A stretch of DNA of 64,000 nt from Deltaproteobacteria bacterium (lineage in GTDB: Bacteria > Myxococcota > Kuafuiibacteriia > Kuafuiibacteriales > Kuafuiibacteriaceae): NCBI GenBank assembly GCA_040218735.1, contig JAVJQW010000023.1:128001-192000 (forward strand). The letters are read 5' to 3'. Position 1 is the first letter of the stretch; each line of letters starts with the position of its first letter. A program made the position numbers and the translations under genes. Positions 59,335 through 64,000 of this stretch are shown one piece after another. The notes below the pieces were generated by a model that saw nothing but the letters and a program-made list of their open reading frames with translations, did not search any database and had not been told where the DNA came from.

Positions 59335-60927
59335 TTGGCGGACAAGGACGGCAGCGCGGATCGAATCATCGGGATCGACCTCGGGATGACCTCCGTCATC
59401 ACGGCGTTCGTGCCCGGACCAGGCCAGCCGCCGACGGTGATCCCGGCGGAGAAGGGGTTGCCCACCCTCGCCTCGGTGGTGGCCTTCAAGGACGGCGGCC
59501 GCCCCGTCGTGGGCCGCTCCGCCCACGACATGCTCACGACGGCCCCTTCCCAGACCGTCACCGGCATCAAGCGCCTCCTCGGGCGCAAGGCGAAGTCACA
59601 GGCGGTACGGGATCTCGACGCGCGGGTGGGCTTCGAGATCATCGAGACCAAGGGCGGCGACGCGGCGGTGAAGATCGCGGACCGGGAGATCCGGGTGCCG
59701 GAGGTCGCGGGCATCCTGCTCGACCAGGCGCGGCGCTTCGCCGAGAAGCACCTCGAGGACCAGGTCCGGCAGTGTGTGATCGCGGTCCCAGCCTACTTCA
59801 ACGACGTGCAGAAGGCCGCGGTCCGCGAGGCGGGTGAGCTCGCGGGGCTGAAGGTCCGCAAGCTGGTCCACGAGCCGACGGCCGTCGCGCTCGCGTACGG
59901 CTACAACAAGGGCGGGGACGCGCGGATCGTCATCGTCGACATGGGCGGCATCCGGCTGGACGTGTCGGTCATGGAGATCGCCGGCAACGTGTTCGACGTC
60001 GTCGCGACCGGCGGCGATCCGTACCTCGGCGGCGCGAACATCGACGCGCGCATCGCCGAGTGGATCCTGCAGAACATCAAGAAGAAACACGGGCGCGACC
60101 TCACGCAGGAGCCGCGCCTGCTGCAGAAGGTCCGCACTGCGGCGGAACAGGCGAAGCGGGAGCTGTCGCGCTGCAAGGCGGTGGACCTGCAGATCCCGCT
60201 GTCGGTCGGGACGAAGACCTCGAAGGCGAAGCTCGGTCTGCTGCGCCTGCACCTGTCGACGCTCGAGGAGCTCGGTCAGGACATCGTCAAACGCGTGCTC
60301 GACACCGTGAAGCGCACGCTGATGGAGCGCGGGCTCAAGGTGAGCGACGTCGACGACGTCATCCTCGTCGGCGGCGCCACGCGGATGCCGCTCCTCAAGA
60401 AGAGCGTCGAAGGGCTCTTCAACAAGGAGGCGCGCGCGAGCTTGCCGCCGGAGGAGGTCGTATCACTCGGCGCGGCGTTGCTCGCGGACAGCCTGCGGCG
60501 TGACCGGCAGATCAACCTCGACGTCGTCGAAGAGTCGATCGGCATCGCCCTCGCCGACGGCCGCTACATGCGCATCATCGACAAGGACAGCAAGCTCCCC
60601 ATCACGCGCCGCGTGATGATCCCGACGGTGCGCGACAACCAGAAGTCGCTCGAGCTCGACCTGTTCGAGGGCGACGAGGACGACATCATCGAGACCGAGT
60701 ACCTCGGCACGGTCGTCTACCAGGAGATCGGCGACGCGAAGGCCGGCGAGGCAAAGGTCATCGTCGACATGGCGCTCGACCAGGAGCGGGTGTTGAAGAT
60801 CAGCTCACCGGAGGAAGGGCGCGAAGGGGAGTCGTTTGTGTTCCACACGAAGGGCCACAAGAAACGGGCGAAGCGGAAGACGGTGAAGCCGTCGTTCGCG
60901 GTCGCCGAAGGTTCCCCGCGCACCTGA
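59335..60927 (+). CDS. Hsp70 family protein (divergent DnaK paralogue, no lid domain)
   Basis: IIGIDLG, IKRLLGR, VPAYFND.Q, EPTA.ALAYG, GGD..LGG, LVGG.TRMP; TTG start. Confidence 0.9.
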   Translation: MADKDGSADRIIGIDLGMTSVITAFVPGPGQPPTVIPAEKGLPTLASVVAFKDGGRPVVGRSAHDMLTTAPSQTVTGIKRLLGRKAKSQAVRDLDARVGFEIIETKGGDAAVKIADREIRVPEVAGILLDQARRFAEKHLEDQVRQCVIAVPAYFNDVQKAAVREAGELAGLKVRKLVHEPTAVALAYGYNKGGDARIVIVDMGGIRLDVSVMEIAGNVFDVVATGGDPYLGGANIDARIAEWILQNIKKKHGRDLTQEPRLLQKVRTAAEQAKRELSRCKAVDLQIPLSVGTKTSKAKLGLLRLHLSTLEELGQDIVKRVLDTVKRTLMERGLKVSDVDDVILVGGATRMPLLKKSVEGLFNKEARASLPPEEVVSLGAALLADSLRRDRQINLDVVEESIGIALADGRYMRIIDKDSKLPITRRVMIPTVRDNQKSLELDLFEGDEDDIIETEYLGTVVYQEIGDAKAGEAKVIVDMALDQERVLKISSPEEGREGESFVFHTKGHKKRAKRKTVKPSFAVAEGSPRT

Positions 60928-60978
60928 GTCCTGCGGATAGTCACCCCAAACCGGGGCTAATCCCGGTAGGGTCTGGGC

Positions 60979-63327
60979 GTGCGTCGCCTCGGTCCGATCC
61001 TCGCCCTCGTGCTGTGCGCGTGCCCCGACGCGGGCACCTCCGATCTCATCGGACAAGACGGTAGCGTTTGGCCACCGCCGGACGGCGGGCAGGTCGCGCC
61101 GCGACGCGACGGCGGATCTTCACGCCCGCGCGACGGTGGACGTCGCGACGCAGGCACCCACGACGCCGGCTCGCTGATGTGCCAGACCCCGCCCGACTGC
61201 GACGGCTGCGCCGACGACGGGGAGTGCTGTTACTTCTCACTCAACTGCCGGCCCGAGAGCCGGTGCAACGTGCCGGACGACCCGGCGTACGACCCGAGTC
61301 ATCCGGACGACGTCTGCGTGCGGGGCTGCGCTTCGAACGCCGACTGCACGCCGGGGAGCTACTGCGACAGCACCGGCCGGTGCCTCCCGCGCCCCTGCCA
61401 AGGGCAACACCAGTGCGGCATACGTGAGCTCTGCGTCGGCGGCGAGTGCGTCCCAACCGGCAGCGTCCCGGAGGTCGTCGCGTGCGCAGTCGTCCCAACC
61501 CACGCCGTCACCACGACGGGACGACGGGTCCGCGCACCGGTCGTCGGATACGACGCATCCGGTCGAGGGGTTCCGTTCGCGGGCCTGATCTGGACCTCGA
61601 GCGATAGGATGGTCGCGTCGGTCGCGGCCGGCAGCTTGATCGAAGGCGGCGCGGTGGCCGGCACCGCGACCATCACCGTCACGCACGGAGCCGTCGTGTG
61701 CGACGGCGCGCTCCTCGTCACCAACCACGCGCCGCTCACCGGGCAACAGATCCGCGTCGTGGTGGTCGACGCGCGCACGGAGGCGCCGGTCGCGGGCGCA
61801 AACGTCACCCTCGTCGCGGGCGGCCCGACGGTCGCCTCGACCGACGCGCGGGGGGCGGCGATGTTCATACAGGGCATCGTGGCGCCCACGTCCGTGACCG
61901 TGTCCGCGCCCGGCTACGCGGTCGTCTCGGTCCTGGAGCCGCCGGTGGACGACCTCGTCGTCGCGCTCCCGCCGATCGCACAAACGTCGGCCGCCGGGTT
62001 CCGCGGCACGGTGGACGTGAGCGCGTCGCGCGCCTCGGACATGAAGGTGGCGTTGACGAGCGCCTCGCTGTCCTCGGACATGCTCACGTTGGGCCGGTTC
62101 CCCTTCGGCGGCGCGCCCGAGCCGATCCAGATCAACGCCCCCGAGCTCGGCTTCGACGGGATCTACTCGATGCCGGCCGGGCTCAGCATGGCGCTCGGCA
62201 CCTCCGATCTCACCGGCGGACCGGATCGCTGCTACGGCATCCCGGTGCCGCCGGGTTCGGTGGGGTGCCACCTCGCACGAGGCCGCCACGGCGCCGGTGC
62301 GGGGTGGGCGCTCGGCGGGCAGCTTCGTCTCTCGCAGGTCACGGCGCTCGCGAACGAGCTGTCGGCGATCATGGAGGGCGAACCGGTGCCGCCGTCAGCG
62401 CTGCTCGCGATCGCGCGCCTCGGCTCGGGGCTGCGCCACGGGGTCGCGCCCTACGTGCCGTTCACGCCGACGCCCTACGTGCCGCGCGGCGTGAGTGTCG
62501 ACTGCAGCGACCCCGACCTCGCCGACTACGCCGATGTCTGTCGCCCCGACTTCGGCGCCTGGCCCCGCTTCGACGTGGAAGCCGCGCAGCCGCAGAACGT
62601 CTACGCGACGATCGACGCCCCCGGGCTCCCGCTCACGAGCGGCACCGCCTGCGCCGACACCCTCACGCTCATGGCCGCGACGCGCCTCCCCGGCCGCGGC
62701 ATCGTCCCGCTGGGCTTCGGCGTCGGCTTCGACACCCTCGACGAGACCGGCACGCCCGACTGCGTCGTCGAGGGCGCCGAGCAGCCGTTCGGCCCGACCT
62801 CACCACCGCTCGACGACGGGGAGATCGCGTTGATCTCCGCCACGCGCCACCACGGCCTCGAGGCCGGCGACCTCATGTTGATCGGGATCGCGCGCGACAC
62901 GGACGGCGACCGCTATGGGCGCTCTGTCCGCAGACGGATCGTCGCTGACATCGGGAACCGCACGACCCTGAACGGGGTCCTCATGGCGCGTCCCGACGCC
63001 GAGCTGAGCGTGCCGAGCGCGAGGCTCGCGTTCATCACGAACGCCGGCCACCGGACGCGAACGGAGATCTTCGGCGACGGCTCGGCGTGGATCGTCTACG
63101 CCCCCGCGTTCCCGAAGGAGGTCACGCTCCCCGACGTCCCCGCCGGCCGCGCGGTGCTCGCCTCGATGCAGGGCGCGATCTTCGCGCAGATCGAAATGGA
63201 GCGGAACATCACCGAGCCCTTCGACCTCGCCGCACCGGTCCACGCACACCACACGATCGACTACGTGACCGCGTTCGCGACGAGCTCGTGCGTCCGCAAC
63301 CCGGCCGACACCTGCGCCGCACCGTAG
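60979..63327 (+). CDS. Cys-rich lipoprotein with Ig-like (Big_2) and carboxypeptidase-regulatory-like domains
   Basis: Lipobox LCAC, RDGG linker, Cys repeats, WTSSD..VASV...G..AGTATIT, VVDA.T.APVAGA.V...TDARG. Confidence 0.8.
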   Translation: MRRLGPILALVLCACPDAGTSDLIGQDGSVWPPPDGGQVAPRRDGGSSRPRDGGRRDAGTHDAGSLMCQTPPDCDGCADDGECCYFSLNCRPESRCNVPDDPAYDPSHPDDVCVRGCASNADCTPGSYCDSTGRCLPRPCQGQHQCGIRELCVGGECVPTGSVPEVVACAVVPTHAVTTTGRRVRAPVVGYDASGRGVPFAGLIWTSSDRMVASVAAGSLIEGGAVAGTATITVTHGAVVCDGALLVTNHAPLTGQQIRVVVVDARTEAPVAGANVTLVAGGPTVASTDARGAAMFIQGIVAPTSVTVSAPGYAVVSVLEPPVDDLVVALPPIAQTSAAGFRGTVDVSASRASDMKVALTSASLSSDMLTLGRFPFGGAPEPIQINAPELGFDGIYSMPAGLSMALGTSDLTGGPDRCYGIPVPPGSVGCHLARGRHGAGAGWALGGQLRLSQVTALANELSAIMEGEPVPPSALLAIARLGSGLRHGVAPYVPFTPTPYVPRGVSVDCSDPDLADYADVCRPDFGAWPRFDVEAAQPQNVYATIDAPGLPLTSGTACADTLTLMAATRLPGRGIVPLGFGVGFDTLDETGTPDCVVEGAEQPFGPTSPPLDDGEIALISATRHHGLEAGDLMLIGIARDTDGDRYGRSVRRRIVADIGNRTTLNGVLMARPDAELSVPSARLAFITNAGHRTRTEIFGDGSAWIVYAPAFPKEVTLPDVPAGRAVLASMQGAIFAQIEMERNITEPFDLAAPVHAHHTIDYVTAFATSSCVRNPADTCAAP

Positions 63328-63337
63328 CCCTCGACGA

Positions 63338-64000
63338 CTAACCGCGAAGCACCACGCGCCCGTCGTCGACGTCGACCTTCTTCGCGAGTGACTTCGCGGT
63401 GGTCTTCCCGTCCAAGATGACGAGGCCGGCCAACCGGTCGTGCTGCGCGTGGTTCGGATCGGCTTGCGCCGACGCGAGGCCTTCGGCGAAGGCGACGCGG
63501 CGCTTCTTCGCGATGACGTCGCCCGGCGCGTACGTCTTACCGAGCTTCGCATCGACCTCGGCGAGCACGGCCCCCACGGCGAAGTCGACGAAGTTCTGCT
63601 CCTCGGGGCCCTTCAACCACAGCGGGTGAGTCGGCCCGTCGACCTTCCACTTCTTCCCGTCCTTTTCGACCTTGCCGACCGTGTCCCCCGCGAGGCCGCG
63701 GTACGGATGATCTTCGAGCTCGGCGTACTGCGCGGGCGGGTGCGCCGCGACCGTCCCATCGCGCCGCGCGAGGTAGAGCTGCAGGTCCGGATCGTCGCTC
63801 TCGGCGAGCGCCGTCCAGAACGCAGCTTCGTCGAGGTGGGTGAGGTTCGCGACGACGTCGACGTCCACGTCGCGCTTCGCGCCGTGCAGTCGCGCGAGCG
63901 GGCCGGCCTTCTTCTTCAACATCGGCAGCTCGTGCGCGTAGAGCTGGTCCGCGAACCCGAGCAACATCTTGAGGCCGGCGGACTTGTGGTGACCGTCGAG
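63338..64000 (-). CDS. ParB-like (ParBc_2-type) protein, 5' end outside window
   Basis: Frame open to window edge: LDGHH...VVANLT.L....FW...LEDHPYRGLAG pattern. Confidence 0.65.
   Translation of the reverse strand, partial: LDGHHKSAGLKMLLGFADQLYAHELPMLKKKAGPLARLHGAKRDVDVDVVANLTHLDEAAFWTALAESDDPDLQLYLARRDGTVAAHPPAQYAELEDHPYRGLAGDTVGKVEKDGKKWKVDGPTHPLWLKGPEEQNFVDFAVGAVLAEVDAKLGKTYAPGDVIAKKRRVAFAEGLASAQADPNHAQHDRLAGLVILDGKTTAKSLAKKVDVDDGRVVLRG

Overview
High-GC bacterial chromosomal segment whose gene content (Cys-rich lipoproteins with 'RDGG/DAG' linkers, REC-DUF4388, a divergent Hsp70, an sctJ, and an lptAB-rpoN-hpf-ptsN-hprK-rapZ-PTS-metK backbone) points to a Myxococcota-like deltaproteobacterium. 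About 57 genes are supportable. Left to right: tatD; a divergent SelO-like AMPylase with a long C-terminal extension plus an orphan/FAD-oxidoreductase pair; an FG-GAP lipoprotein; an aldehyde dehydrogenase; a Fur-boxed porin-imelysin-diheme(DHOR)-imelysin-HTTM iron operon; sufS-sufU-haloacid dehalogenase; a 1.8 kb insertion (ankyrin lipoprotein plus IS91-type HUH transposase remnant) bounded by ~60 bp direct repeats; a mocA-coxSLMDE form II molybdo-flavoprotein cluster; lipoproteins; metK; a PTS cluster lacking EIIC/EIID with an EIIB-HPr fusion; rpoN/lpt genes; a PilX-like pilin; lpxL; a PilZ gene followed in frame by an unannotated Cys-rich Kunitz-like segment; a four-gene HK / membrane-anchored REC-DUF4388 / TPR / SBP-beta-helix operon; an isolated sctJ + FliG-like pair behind mlaEFD; a degenerate Hsp70; an Ig-like lipoprotein; and a truncated ParBc_2-like gene. 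I found no rRNA, tRNA or CRISPR array. All family calls come from motif recognition by eye, not database searches.
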